Made by a program: the position numbers and the translations under genes | From: an uncultured Solirubrobacteraceae bacterium | Lineage (GTDB): Bacteria; Actinomycetota; Thermoleophilia; Solirubrobacterales; Solirubrobacteraceae | Direction of reading: 5' to 3' | DNA length: 64,000 bases | NCBI GenBank assembly: GCA_963752865.1 | Contig: CAVVZU010000002.1 | Location: forward strand, 1,394,941-1,458,940 | In this document: piece after piece, positions 1 to 9,385 of the stretch | How the letters are laid out: every line of letters starts with the position of its first letter | Numbering within the stretch: the stretch's first letter is position 1 | Notes under the pieces: generated by a model | What the model was told of the DNA's origin: nothing | Database searches by the model: none | The model's input: the letters and a program-made list of their open reading frames with translations, nothing else

Positions 1-1427
1 GGATCTCGCTACTGCTCGTGCTGGTCTTCCTTGGCTTCGGCGCCGTCCTCGGTGATGCCGCCAGCTCCAGAGTCAGCGACACGCTCGCGTCCGCGCGCTC
101 ACCCCTAAAGGTCGTGCTGCCCGCCACAGCGTCCTCGGGTACTACGGCGTCCACCGCGAGCAGCGAAGCGTCCTCCTCAGCGTCCGGCAACGAAACCTCA
201 TCACCAGAATCCGAACCCGAACCGACGCCTGCCCCTGTCGCCAAAGCACACACGACCCCGGCGAAAGCTCCGTCCAGCTCCAGCGGCTCCTCAGCTACAG
301 AAGGCGGCTCGTCGGGGTCGGAAGCTGGCTCCTCGGGCTCAGGGGGTGGGTCCTCCAAATCCGAATCCGCGAGTGGCCCGGCGAAGAAGCTTCCGCCGAT
401 CAAGCACGTGTTCGTGGTGATGCTCTCCGATGAGCCCTATGCGTCGGTGTTCGGCCCGAGCTCAACCGCTCCCTACCTGTCCGGAACGCTGGAGCACAAG
501 GGCGAGCTGCTCGTCCGCTACGACGCGGTGGGACACGAGGAGCTGGCGAACGAGCTGGCGCTAATCAGCGGGCAGGGAGCGACGGCGGAAACGGCGGCGA
601 ACTGTCCCAACTACACAGAAATAGCCGGCGCGAGCACGGGGCCCGAAGAACAGGTGCTCGGTAGCGGCTGCGTTTATCCCGCGGCCACGCAGACACTCGC
701 CGGCGAGCTGACGGCCAAGCACCTCACGTGGCGTGCATATGTACAGGGCATCGACGAACCTGGCGAGCAGGCGCCCGCGTGTGCGCACCCGACGCTCGGG
801 CAGTCGGACCCGACAGCCGCGCAGACCGCGAGCACAGGGGCTTACGCGACGTTCCGCAACCCGTTCGTGTACTTCGCCTCGATCGTCGACTCGGCAGCGT
901 GTGTCGCCGACGACGTGGGGCTGGCAAGCCTGAAGGGCGACCTGGCGTCGGTCAGGACCACGCCGAGCTTCTCCTACATTGCTCCCGACCGCTGCCACGA
1001 CGGAAACCCAACTCCGTGCACACCTGGCGCCCCGGCCGGAATGGCTCCCGCCGAAACGTTCTTGAAGCAGGTCGTGCCGGAGATCACCGGCTCCAAGGCC
1101 TACAGGGAAAGCGGTCTGCTCGTGATCACCGTGGACGAGGCCCCCTCGACCGGTGCGTTCGCCGACTCGAGCTCCTGCTGTGGGCAGCCACTGTTCCCGA
1201 ACGACCCTGTGAAGACAGTGGTCGGTGCTCCGCAAGGCGGTGGGGCGGTCGGTGCGCTACTGCTCTCGCCATACGTCAAAGGCGCCACGACGAGCCAGGA
1301 ACCGTATAACCACTTCTCGCTGTTGCGCACGATCGAGGACTTCTTCTCTCTGAAGCGCCTTGGCTACGCGGGCCTGTCCGCGGTCAAATCGCTCGAACCG
1401 GAACTGTTCACCGCGGGCAAGGGCTGA
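1..1427 (+). CDS. Secreted phosphoesterase (acid phosphatase/phospholipase C, alkaline-phosphatase superfamily), probably 5'-truncated by the window edge
   Basis: Frame is open to the window start. Hydrophobic N-terminus, long S/G/P-rich linker, then IKHVFVVML, TWRAY, RNPFVYF, FSYIAPDRCHDG, LLVITVDE and YNHFSLLRTIED motifs. Confidence 0.8.
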   Translation, partial: ISLLLVLVFLGFGAVLGDAASSRVSDTLASARSPLKVVLPATASSGTTASTASSEASSSASGNETSSPESEPEPTPAPVAKAHTTPAKAPSSSSGSSATEGGSSGSEAGSSGSGGGSSKSESASGPAKKLPPIKHVFVVMLSDEPYASVFGPSSTAPYLSGTLEHKGELLVRYDAVGHEELANELALISGQGATAETAANCPNYTEIAGASTGPEEQVLGSGCVYPAATQTLAGELTAKHLTWRAYVQGIDEPGEQAPACAHPTLGQSDPTAAQTASTGAYATFRNPFVYFASIVDSAACVADDVGLASLKGDLASVRTTPSFSYIAPDRCHDGNPTPCTPGAPAGMAPAETFLKQVVPEITGSKAYRESGLLVITVDEAPSTGAFADSSSCCGQPLFPNDPVKTVVGAPQGGGAVGALLLSPYVKGATTSQEPYNHFSLLRTIEDFFSLKRLGYAGLSAVKSLEPELFTAGKG

Positions 1428-1493
1428 GCCAGCGCTTGTCGGGCCCCGAGCTGCTCCAGTGCTCCGCAGCCCCGAGGACGGGGAATGCGGTGC

Positions 1494-2300
1494 TCAGACG
1501 CCCGCGAGCTCGCGGTAGGTGATCGCGGTGCGGCGCGAGCCCGAGCGTGCGAGCACCCACTCGAGGGCCATCATGTGTCGCGGGTGCTGCAGGTCGGCCG
1601 GGTGCAGATCGACTCGCAGGGTGCCGGTGGGCAGCAGCGAGCTGGCGCGCACCAACGATGGCGAGAACGCACGGCTCAAGGGGCCCGTGCCGGTAAGGCT
1701 CCAGGCTGGGGATAGTTGGCACACCCGCGCTTGCTCGCTCGTGGTCGCCTGCAGCTGCGGCTGTGGCTGTGCGCGGTGCACTCGCAGCAGCCCCGCCCAC
1801 CAGCGAAAGCGGAGGCTGAGCGTCTGGCGCAGCGCGGCAGTGTATGCGTAGGCGGGCGCGACGAAGCCGTCGGGCTCGATGCCCGCGAGCTTGAGTACGC
1901 GCCAGCCGGCGTGCACCGCCCTGCGGGTCTCCTCGCTGTCGAGGCCGACGAACTCGCCGATTCTCTGGGGATGGGCGCGCGCGAGCAGCCGCCGTGCGGA
2001 GCCGTCGCTGCGGGGGCGTACGTGCTGGAAGCCATGCTGGGCAATCGAGTCGCCCGCGCGGCGGCGCTCGCTCAGCCAGTCGACCATCTCCGGGCAGCGC
2101 TCGCCAACAGGATGCAGATCACGCGCGGGGATCACCAGGAGCGTGACGCGATCGACACCGTGATCGTCAAGCCAATCGCGGATCACAGCGCAGCGCTCGA
2201 ACGTCGCCGGCTCGATCCCATGGAGGGCGACGGCGATCGTGTGTCGTTGATTGATGGCGGGCATGGCCGGCGCGGCCCCCCTGTGGCGCTCAAGCAGCAC
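1494..2300 (-). CDS. DUF2334 / polysaccharide deacetylase-like protein
   Basis: VALHGIEP, TLLVIP, AQHGFQH, GFVAPAY and RVDLHPAD motifs of NodB-like DUF2334 proteins. Overlaps the end of the upstream GT gene. Confidence 0.75.
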   Translation of the reverse strand: MLLERHRGAAPAMPAINQRHTIAVALHGIEPATFERCAVIRDWLDDHGVDRVTLLVIPARDLHPVGERCPEMVDWLSERRRAGDSIAQHGFQHVRPRSDGSARRLLARAHPQRIGEFVGLDSEETRRAVHAGWRVLKLAGIEPDGFVAPAYAYTAALRQTLSLRFRWWAGLLRVHRAQPQPQLQATTSEQARVCQLSPAWSLTGTGPLSRAFSPSLVRASSLLPTGTLRVDLHPADLQHPRHMMALEWVLARSGSRRTAITYRELAGV

Positions 2301-4731
2301 GATCGTCCGTTCTCAGGCTCTGACGCTCGTGGCCCGGGAGCGCCTGGTGGTAGCCGTCGGCGAGTCGCTCGAGCGTGCGCTCCCACGTGCGATTGCGCGC
2401 CGAGCGCAGCGCGCCGGCGGCGAGTTGCTCGCGCAACAACGGTGCACCGGCCAGCTCCAGCACCGCATCGGCGAGCCGCGCGGCATCCGCCTCGCACAGC
2501 AATCCATCGATACGGTCGTCGATCAGCGACAACGGACCGCCCTCCGCTACCGCCACGACGGGCAGGCCGCTGGCCTGTGCCTCGAGGATGACCTGGCCGA
2601 ACGTGTCAGTTGAGCTCGGGAACAAAAAGATGTCCGCGCCTGCGTAAGCCGCTGCGAGGTCATCTCCCTCCAGCCAGCCGAGGAAGCTCGCGTGCCCGCC
2701 GAGGCGCTCGCGCAGGCGCTCCTGCTCGGGGCCACCGCCGGCCAGCTGCAGGCGCAGGCGCGGCTCACGGGCGTGCGCGCGCAGGAACGCGTCCGCGAGC
2801 AGGTCGACTCCCTTCTCGCGGGTGATGCGCCCCGAGTACATCACCGTGATCGTCTCGCGAGGGTTACCGGTGTCACGTGGCTGGGGGTGAAAGCGCTCGG
2901 TGTCCACCCCGCGGTCCCAGCGGAGCACCCGCTGGGGGGCCATGCCAATGGCGGCCAGCGCTTCGTCGGTAGCGCGGCTGGGGGAGAGGACCACGTCGCA
3001 CGCGCCGTAGAAGGTGCTCACCGTCAGCGCCATCGCATCGGCGACACGTTGCTCCCCCGAGCGCAGTCCCGCGTAGGCGGTCAGCTCGGTGTGGTAGCTA
3101 CCCACCAGCGGCAGGCCAAGCGCGCGTGCAAGCAATGCTCCCGCGATCCCAACGGGCCCCGGCGAGCAGACATGGATCACGTCATAGCCACCGTCGCCCG
3201 CCAGCATCTGCACGGCGGCGGGCAGGCTGGGCACGCCGATGCGCAGGTCCGGGTAGAAGGGCACATCGATGTCGGCGACCGACGACAGGCGGCGGTCGAC
3301 CTCGGGGTCGGTGCCCACGACCTCGATCTCGAAGCCGGGCACGCCGCGCTGGCGAATCTCTTCGATCGTGCGCGTCACCCCGTGTGTGGAGCCGATACCG
3401 TCCGCCAGAATCGCCACGCGCGGGCGCTCGCCGTCCTGTTCCTCCATCGCCCGCTGGCCTGCTCCGCGCCGGCCCGCATGTGTACGCGATGAGTAGGGAA
3501 TAGCCGCAAGCTTGGCCTGCTCGTTTGCCAGGAACGCGCTCGCCGGGGCGTAGGGGATCGCGGCTATACAAGCCTCGAACAGGCCTTCTGCTGCTACCTG
3601 CACTTCTGCCTTGCCCATAGCCGCGGCAATCGCCTCGCTGACCGCGCGGCGCAGCTTGCGCTCATGCAGGCGGCATGCGCGCCGGTAGAGGTCGGAGTGG
3701 CTGAAGTCCTCCTGTTGCATGTAGGCGATCAGCCCGCGCTCATCGAGGTGGCCGAGCTCGACCGCGCTCATCCACGCGCGCAGCAGGCAGCGGGCATCGT
3801 CGGGATTCAGGTCGCTGCCGACCGCCCCGTGACGAATGTCCGCCTCGCTCAGCAGCCGGCGCATCATCGTCATCACTCGCATCGGGTCTGGCCGTTGGGC
3901 GCGGCCGTCTTCCTGGCCGGCGCCGAGTGCGCGAGCCGCGAGCGCGATCGCGGCGTGGGCCCACTTGGCGGCGCTGCCCTGCGCGCCGCGTGCGAGCGCG
4001 TTGCCGGCACGCACGTGCTCGAGGAACTCACGAGGGCTGCCAGCAAGCGGCGTTTCGGTGTAAGTGCGTCCGATGTCGACGCCCGCGTGGTCGTCGCTAC
4101 CGCCGATGCCGATGCCGTCGCGCGTCGCCACATAGGTGGCGGCGGGTCGGTTCAGCTCACGGGCGCGTGCGCCGTTGCGAATCTCCCACACGTCGAACAG
4201 CTCCGCCAGTCGGCGACGGTGGCGAGCGCTGAGGGGGGCGGCGACCGTGTAGTAGGGGTGCGCGAGCGCACACACGATCTCCTGCTCGTACATGTACGTC
4301 GCGCATAGCTCCACGTCGGCGCTGTGCGCCTGCAGCCACTCGTGATCGTCGGGGGTGATGTCGTAGCAGAGCACGTGCACCGCCTGTGGCTCGCCGCGAA
4401 AGTGTGCGGTCAGCTCCTCTGAGACGAATACGTCAGGGCGGTCGGCGATCTGAAGGACGCCTGCGATCGTGTCGTGGTCGGTGATCGTCACGAGATCCAT
4501 GCCGCGGCGCTTGGCCAGCTCGTAGACCTCCTGCGGAGGCGTGGCGCACTCGGGCAGCCCGACCGCGCGCTGGACACCGAGACGCGACTCCTGCGAGGCG
4601 GTGGAGTGACAGTGCATGTCGACTCGGCTGGACCGCTGCGCCCACTGAGTTGTCCTTGCCACGGGAGATGTCGTTTCGGGGCGATCCATATCAGACAGAT
4701 TTCCCTGCAAAGCCCAGTCTTTTGTGACCAA
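2290..4731 (-). CDS. PHP-domain / GT4 glycosyltransferase fusion (true start may be MDRPE near 4690)
   Basis: N-terminal DMHCHS, TITDHDT, LAHP and GGSDDH (PHP). C-terminal GRITREKG and DTFGQVILEAQASGLPV (GT4). Confidence 0.88.
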   Translation of the reverse strand: MVTKDWALQGNLSDMDRPETTSPVARTTQWAQRSSRVDMHCHSTASQESRLGVQRAVGLPECATPPQEVYELAKRRGMDLVTITDHDTIAGVLQIADRPDVFVSEELTAHFRGEPQAVHVLCYDITPDDHEWLQAHSADVELCATYMYEQEIVCALAHPYYTVAAPLSARHRRRLAELFDVWEIRNGARARELNRPAATYVATRDGIGIGGSDDHAGVDIGRTYTETPLAGSPREFLEHVRAGNALARGAQGSAAKWAHAAIALAARALGAGQEDGRAQRPDPMRVMTMMRRLLSEADIRHGAVGSDLNPDDARCLLRAWMSAVELGHLDERGLIAYMQQEDFSHSDLYRRACRLHERKLRRAVSEAIAAAMGKAEVQVAAEGLFEACIAAIPYAPASAFLANEQAKLAAIPYSSRTHAGRRGAGQRAMEEQDGERPRVAILADGIGSTHGVTRTIEEIRQRGVPGFEIEVVGTDPEVDRRLSSVADIDVPFYPDLRIGVPSLPAAVQMLAGDGGYDVIHVCSPGPVGIAGALLARALGLPLVGSYHTELTAYAGLRSGEQRVADAMALTVSTFYGACDVVLSPSRATDEALAAIGMAPQRVLRWDRGVDTERFHPQPRDTGNPRETITVMYSGRITREKGVDLLADAFLRAHAREPRLRLQLAGGGPEQERLRERLGGHASFLGWLEGDDLAAAYAGADIFLFPSSTDTFGQVILEAQASGLPVVAVAEGGPLSLIDDRIDGLLCEADAARLADAVLELAGAPLLREQLAAGALRSARNRTWERTLERLADGYHQALPGHERQSLRTDDRAA

Positions 4732-4830
4732 CCGGCAACGATCGTGTGAAGCGATGGTGAAGATCGTCCGCGCTGTCTCCGGAGTCTTGTGTACCGGTTG
4801 AGGCTGATATTTGGGAACTGCGCTGGTGTT

Positions 4831-6078
4831 TCAGTGCGGAGTGGGCGCTCCGAGGAGGGCGGCCGCGGCGCCCGCGCAGCCGGCGAGCAGCAGCGTCGGC
4901 ACGATGCCGCGTTGCAGCACGAGCAGCGCGAGTGCCGCGCCGGCGAGGATCGCGTACTGCCAACTCTCGCCGAGGGCGCTCGCGAGCGGTACGGCGGCGC
5001 CGATGATCGCGCCGGCTGCGCTCGGCGCTGCTCCGGCGAGGAACGCGAGCACGCGCCGATCGACGAGCATCCGCTCGAAGCGCTGCGCTCCGAGCAGGAT
5101 GAACGAGAACGACGGCGCGAAGGCGACCGCTCCGGCGAGCAGCGCCCCGGGTAGCCCATCGGCGGCGTAGCCGACCACCGCCACGGTCTGTACAAGCGGG
5201 CCAGGGGTGATCTGTCCGAGCGCGACGGCGTTTAGGAACTGGCCGTGGGACATCCAGTGATAGGTGCCGACGGCATCCGCTTGCATCAGCGGCACGATCA
5301 CGAAGCCGCCGCCGAAGGCCAGCGCGCCGATCTTCAGTGCTGTCCACGCGAGCGCGAGCGTGCCACCGGGCTCGGCGACCGCGGCGATCAGCGGCCACGA
5401 GGGCAGCGCGTGGCGGCGGGGATGCGTGGCGGCGTGTGTCGCTCGCAGCGCCAACGTGACCAGCGAGACGTGTGTGCCCGTGTCGCGGCGGGCAATGCGC
5501 TGGCGTGCGAGCTCGATAAAGCCACAAGCGAGCAGCACGATCACCAGCTCAGCTCCGGCCAGTGCCGCGGCGACCCCGCCGAGGAGCCCGTATGCGAACA
5601 CGCGGGCTTGGGCGGAGCGCTCATTTCCTGCTCGCGCCCAGATCGGAGCCGCGACGCCCGCTCCGGCGCGTACGGCCACCGCGGCGACAGCCGCGCCGGC
5701 GCCCATGCCCGCGCCCCGTAGCCATGTGGGTAGTGATGCCGACAGGAACAACGCGGCGAGGGCGATGATCGCTACGAGGCCCGGCAGGATGAAGCACAGC
5801 CCGCCGAGCAGCGCCCCGCGCCAGCCGCGCAGGCGCCAGGCGCAGTAGATCGCAAGCTGCGTGGAGGCGGGGCCGGGCAGCAGGTTGGTGGCGGCGATCG
5901 CGCGCTCGAACTGCTCGCTCGTCAGCCATCGGCGCCGCCGCACGCACAACTCGCGAAACAACGCGACGTGTGTTGGCGGACCACCGAAGCCGATACAGCC
6001 GATGCGGCCCCACTGGCGCACGATCTGCAGGAGCGATGGCTCGGGCGTAGGCTCCGGATGAGGACCCGCCGGTGGCAT
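4831..6078 (-). CDS. chrA: Chromate efflux transporter (long-chain CHR family)
   Basis: Duplicated GFGG...PGP motifs (IGFGGPP/LLPGPAS and AFGGGF/ITPGP). TACCCT -10 element 7 nt upstream. Confidence 0.92.
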   Translation of the reverse strand: MPPAGPHPEPTPEPSLLQIVRQWGRIGCIGFGGPPTHVALFRELCVRRRRWLTSEQFERAIAATNLLPGPASTQLAIYCAWRLRGWRGALLGGLCFILPGLVAIIALAALFLSASLPTWLRGAGMGAGAAVAAVAVRAGAGVAAPIWARAGNERSAQARVFAYGLLGGVAAALAGAELVIVLLACGFIELARQRIARRDTGTHVSLVTLALRATHAATHPRRHALPSWPLIAAVAEPGGTLALAWTALKIGALAFGGGFVIVPLMQADAVGTYHWMSHGQFLNAVALGQITPGPLVQTVAVVGYAADGLPGALLAGAVAFAPSFSFILLGAQRFERMLVDRRVLAFLAGAAPSAAGAIIGAAVPLASALGESWQYAILAGAALALLVLQRGIVPTLLLAGCAGAAAALLGAPTPH

Positions 6079-6171
6079 CAGCGGCAGGGTACGTGAGCGC
6101 TGGGCGCGGCGGGCCGGCGCCTCAACGCGCCTGAGCGCCTGAAGTCGCGGCCAGCCAATAAGCTCCCGCCG

Positions 6172-7089
6172 ATGCTGGCCATCTTGGCGCCACCAATCGC
6201 TTCAGTCATCAGCTACTTCCAGGCGATCGTGTTGGGTGCGCTGCAGGGCATAACTGAGCTTTTCCCGGTCTCGAGCCTCGGGCATACGGTGCTGTTCCCG
6301 ACGCTGTTCGGCTGGAACAAGCTCGTCGACGCCCAGTCCCAGAAAGAATCATTCTGGGTGGCGTTCGTGGTGACGCTGCACGTCGGCAGCGCGCTTGGCC
6401 TGCTGGCTTACTTCTGGCGTGACTGGGTGCAGATCGTGCGTGCGTTCTTTCGCACGCTCGCGACGCGCAGGATCGAGACCTCCAACGAGCGGCTGGCGTG
6501 GCTGATCATCGCCGCGAGCATCCCCGCGGGAGTGCTCGCGCTGGCGCTGCAGCATCCGCTGCAGACGCTCACCGCCAAGCCCAAGGTGGCCGCCGTGGTG
6601 CTGATGGTCAACGGCTTGATCCTGTTCGCGGCCGAGCGCTTCCGTCGCCGCGCGGAGGTGCGTGAGCTTGCGGCGCGCGAGGGGGCAAAGCCAGACGGTG
6701 CGCGAGAGCTGAACACGCTGGAGTACCGCGAGGCGGTGGTTGTTGGCGTGGCGCAGTCGACGGCGCTGATCGCCGGCATCAGCCGCGACGGCGTGACGAT
6801 GGGCGCTGGGCTTGCGCGTGGCCTCGACCACAGCGACTCGGCGCGCTTTGCCTTCCTGCTCGCCACCCCGATCATCCTCGCGGCCGGTCTTGTCAAGCTG
6901 CCCGATCTACTCGGCCATCAGGGCGACGGCATCCGCGGCCAGGCGCTCGTCGCCTGTCTGGTTGCCGCCGTGACGGCCGTCTTTACGGTCGCGTTCCTAG
7001 TCCGCTACTTCAAGACCAGGACACTCGTCCCGTTCGCCGTCTACTGCCTGCTGTTCGGTCTGGGAATGGTCGTCTACACCCAGACATAG
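6172..7089 (+). CDS. uppP: Undecaprenyl-diphosphate phosphatase
   Basis: LQGITELFPVSSLGH, AGISRDG and ARFAFLLATP BacA motifs. Confidence 0.93.
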   Translation: MLAILAPPIASVISYFQAIVLGALQGITELFPVSSLGHTVLFPTLFGWNKLVDAQSQKESFWVAFVVTLHVGSALGLLAYFWRDWVQIVRAFFRTLATRRIETSNERLAWLIIAASIPAGVLALALQHPLQTLTAKPKVAAVVLMVNGLILFAAERFRRRAEVRELAAREGAKPDGARELNTLEYREAVVVGVAQSTALIAGISRDGVTMGAGLARGLDHSDSARFAFLLATPIILAAGLVKLPDLLGHQGDGIRGQALVACLVAAVTAVFTVAFLVRYFKTRTLVPFAVYCLLFGLGMVVYTQT

Positions 7090-7116
7090 GGCGCCGATGC
7101 ACCATCATGGGACGCG

Positions 7117-8070
7117 ATGCCGATACCGCGAACCCCTCCGAAGATGTTCGAAACCCGCAGCCAGGCATGGCAGGAGGTTGGCCTGCTGCGCCAGATCAGC
7201 CCACGCGTGGTCAAGCGTGCTCGCCTGCAGGCGCTGGTGCTGCTGCCGCTGTTCGTAGCTGTGGTGGTGCTGTACGACAACCGCTTCAGCCTGCTGGGCT
7301 CTTCGCACGAACAGGCGGTGAAAGCGCTGGAAGAACCGCTGGAAGCCGTAGTACGTGTGCTGACGGTGCTCGCGTTGATGATCCTCGGCTGGGCGGTCGC
7401 GCGCGACATCGGCCGGGGGCTGGGTCCAGCGCTGTTCAGGCGCCTGGACCCTGCGACCGCGGGCACGGTTGGCTTCGTGATCCGCCTTACGACGGTGGTG
7501 CTGGCGCTATTCGTGTCGTTGCGGGTGGCTGGGATCGAAGCGAAAACGCTTGCTCTGGGAACGGCGTTCACCGCGGTGATCTTCGGTTTGGCCGCGCAGC
7601 AGACGCTCGGCAACCTGATCGCGGGCACCGTGCTGCTGAGTGCCCGCCCCTTCCGTGTGGGCGAACGTGTGCGCTTGCAGGGCGGTCCGCTGGCTGGCCA
7701 GCTCGAGGGCACGGTCAGCTCACTGGGGCTGCTGTACACGACGTTTGCCACAGGCGACGACTCGATCCTGGTACCCAACAGCGTGGTGCTGAATGTGGCG
7801 GTGCTGCCGCTGCGCGAGCCCGAGGCGGTCAACCTGCGTGCGCGTCTGCGCGCGGGGATGACCCCGGGGGATCTGCAGGAGATTCTCGAGAAGTCGCTGC
7901 AGACACCATTGCGAGACGCGCCGCGGATCACACTGGAGGAGCTCGACGGCGACGAGGTGGTGGTGCGAATCGCCGCCACGCCGCGGGAGGCATCCGAGGG
8001 TCGTCACCTGGCCAGCGAGCTGCTCGGCATCGTCTCGCGTGAGACGAGCCCTCACGCGCAGACGCCGTAG
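7117..8070 (+). CDS. MscS-family mechanosensitive channel
   Basis: GLAAQQTLGNLIAG, RPFRVGERV and ILVPNS motifs, with N-terminal TM helices. Confidence 0.9.
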   Translation: MPIPRTPPKMFETRSQAWQEVGLLRQISPRVVKRARLQALVLLPLFVAVVVLYDNRFSLLGSSHEQAVKALEEPLEAVVRVLTVLALMILGWAVARDIGRGLGPALFRRLDPATAGTVGFVIRLTTVVLALFVSLRVAGIEAKTLALGTAFTAVIFGLAAQQTLGNLIAGTVLLSARPFRVGERVRLQGGPLAGQLEGTVSSLGLLYTTFATGDDSILVPNSVVLNVAVLPLREPEAVNLRARLRAGMTPGDLQEILEKSLQTPLRDAPRITLEELDGDEVVVRIAATPREASEGRHLASELLGIVSRETSPHAQTP

Positions 8071-8870
8071 CGCAGAAACAGCTCGGAGCCGCTCTGCAGC
8101 ACTGAGCGCAACTCGAGCGTCACCGGCGGCGTGAGCTCCTCGCCAGCGAGTATCCGCAGCGCCTCGCCGCCCGCGGGCTCGCCTCCGGCGAGCATCGGTG
8201 CGACGGAGAGGAACAGCTCGTCGATCAGCCCGGCGCCAAGCAGCTGTCGGGCAAGGTGCGGCCCGCCCTCGCACAGCACGCTCTGCACGCCGTAGCGCTC
8301 GTGTAGCTCAGCGATCGCCGCGGCCAAATCCAGCTGCCCGTCGCGCGCGGCGCGCACATACTCCACGTGTGCGGCCGTCGCGGGGAGGCTCGCCTGCGAG
8401 GCGGTGAGCACGACGACCCGCGCCGCTGGCTCGGCGAGCAGCGGGATGTCCCGCGAGATCGTCATGCGCCCGGAGACGATGCACGCGAGTGGCTCTTCGC
8501 TGAGCCCCCGCTGCGCTCGTCGCTGCCTCCGGGAGACGTCCGGGATGATCCTCCCGTAGCGCTCGGTGCGCAGGGTGGCGGCCCCCACGAGCACCGCGTC
8601 AACGGCCGAGCGCAGGCCGTGGAACAGGGCCCTGTCGGCGCGGTCGCTGAGTGGGCCCGAGCGACCACCCAGGCTCGCGCGACCGTCGACGGTGGCGATC
8701 ATGTTGAGCATCACGTGTGGGCGCCCCTGCGGGGCGTCAGGACGCTCCCACAATCCCCACTCCTCGATGATTTCCTCGATGGAGCCTTCGTCGCCGGGCG
8801 GCAGCAGGCGGCTCAGTTGTAGCGGTTGCTCGCCGTCGGGGTCTGGTTTTTGGTTGACGGGCACGTTCAT
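8052..8870 (-). CDS. RibD C-terminal (pyrimidine reductase/DHFR-like) protein
   Basis: NMIATVDG, DAVLVGAATLRTE, LCEGGPHL and IDELFLSVAP motifs. Confidence 0.88.
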   Translation of the reverse strand: MNVPVNQKPDPDGEQPLQLSRLLPPGDEGSIEEIIEEWGLWERPDAPQGRPHVMLNMIATVDGRASLGGRSGPLSDRADRALFHGLRSAVDAVLVGAATLRTERYGRIIPDVSRRQRRAQRGLSEEPLACIVSGRMTISRDIPLLAEPAARVVVLTASQASLPATAAHVEYVRAARDGQLDLAAAIAELHERYGVQSVLCEGGPHLARQLLGAGLIDELFLSVAPMLAGGEPAGGEALRILAGEELTPPVTLELRSVLQSGSELFLRYGVCA

Positions 8871-8963
8871 CTCCGAACCCTAGCTGTGGTCGCGGGCGCG
8901 AGCGCCTCGCGTGCTACTCGCGCGCTCGCAACAACTCGACAACACATGGTCGGTGCGACGTGC

Positions 8964-9086
8964 TACCGTCGTTCTTGTATGGCCGGCGCGTAAGACCGGC
9001 GAAAGTAGTGCAAGCGCTCGCAGGTCGAAGCTTTGAGAAGCATCCTCCGCGTGCAGCACGCACATACCGTGGAGGAAATTCACACC
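8964..9086 (+). promoter_or_regulatory. Probable promoter and long structured 5' UTR of the cold-shock gene
   Basis: TACCGT -10-like hexamer at 8964-8969, a GCCGG..CCGGC hairpin, and a GGAGG SD at 9071-9075. Long leaders are typical of csp mRNAs. Confidence 0.45.
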
Positions 9087-9290
9087 ATGCCTACTGGCAC
9101 AGTTAAGTGGTTCAGCGACGACAAGGGGTTCGGATTCATTACCCCGGATGACGGTGACAAGGACCTGTTCGTCCATCACACCGGCATCAACGGTGAGGGC
9201 TACCGCTCTCTTCAGGAGGGGGCGAAGGTCTCCTACGACCCGGAGCAGGGCGAGAAGGGTCCCAAGGCCGTAAACGTCCAGAGCATCTAG
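9087..9290 (+). CDS. cspA: Cold-shock protein
   Basis: [18 protein letters not shown]...LFVHH RNP1/RNP2 motifs. GGAGG SD upstream of ATG 9087. Confidence 0.96.
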   Translation: MPTGTVKWFSDDKGFGFITPDDGDKDLFVHHTGINGEGYRSLQEGAKVSYDPEQGEKGPKAVNVQSI

Positions 9291-9311
9291 CCAGAGACAG
9301 AACCGCTGCTC

Positions 9312-9335
9312 GAGGGCCCGCTTCGGTGGGCCCTC
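9312..9335 (+). terminator. GC-rich hairpin after csp (likely intrinsic terminator, no U tract)
   Basis: GAGGGCCCG-CTTCGG-TGGGCCCTC stem with a C(UUCG)G tetraloop, ~20 nt after the stop codon. Confidence 0.7.
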
Positions 9336-9385
9336 TGCACGTGTGGGGTTGGCGGCCGGTTCTAAGTATCGTGCCGACGCTAGGC

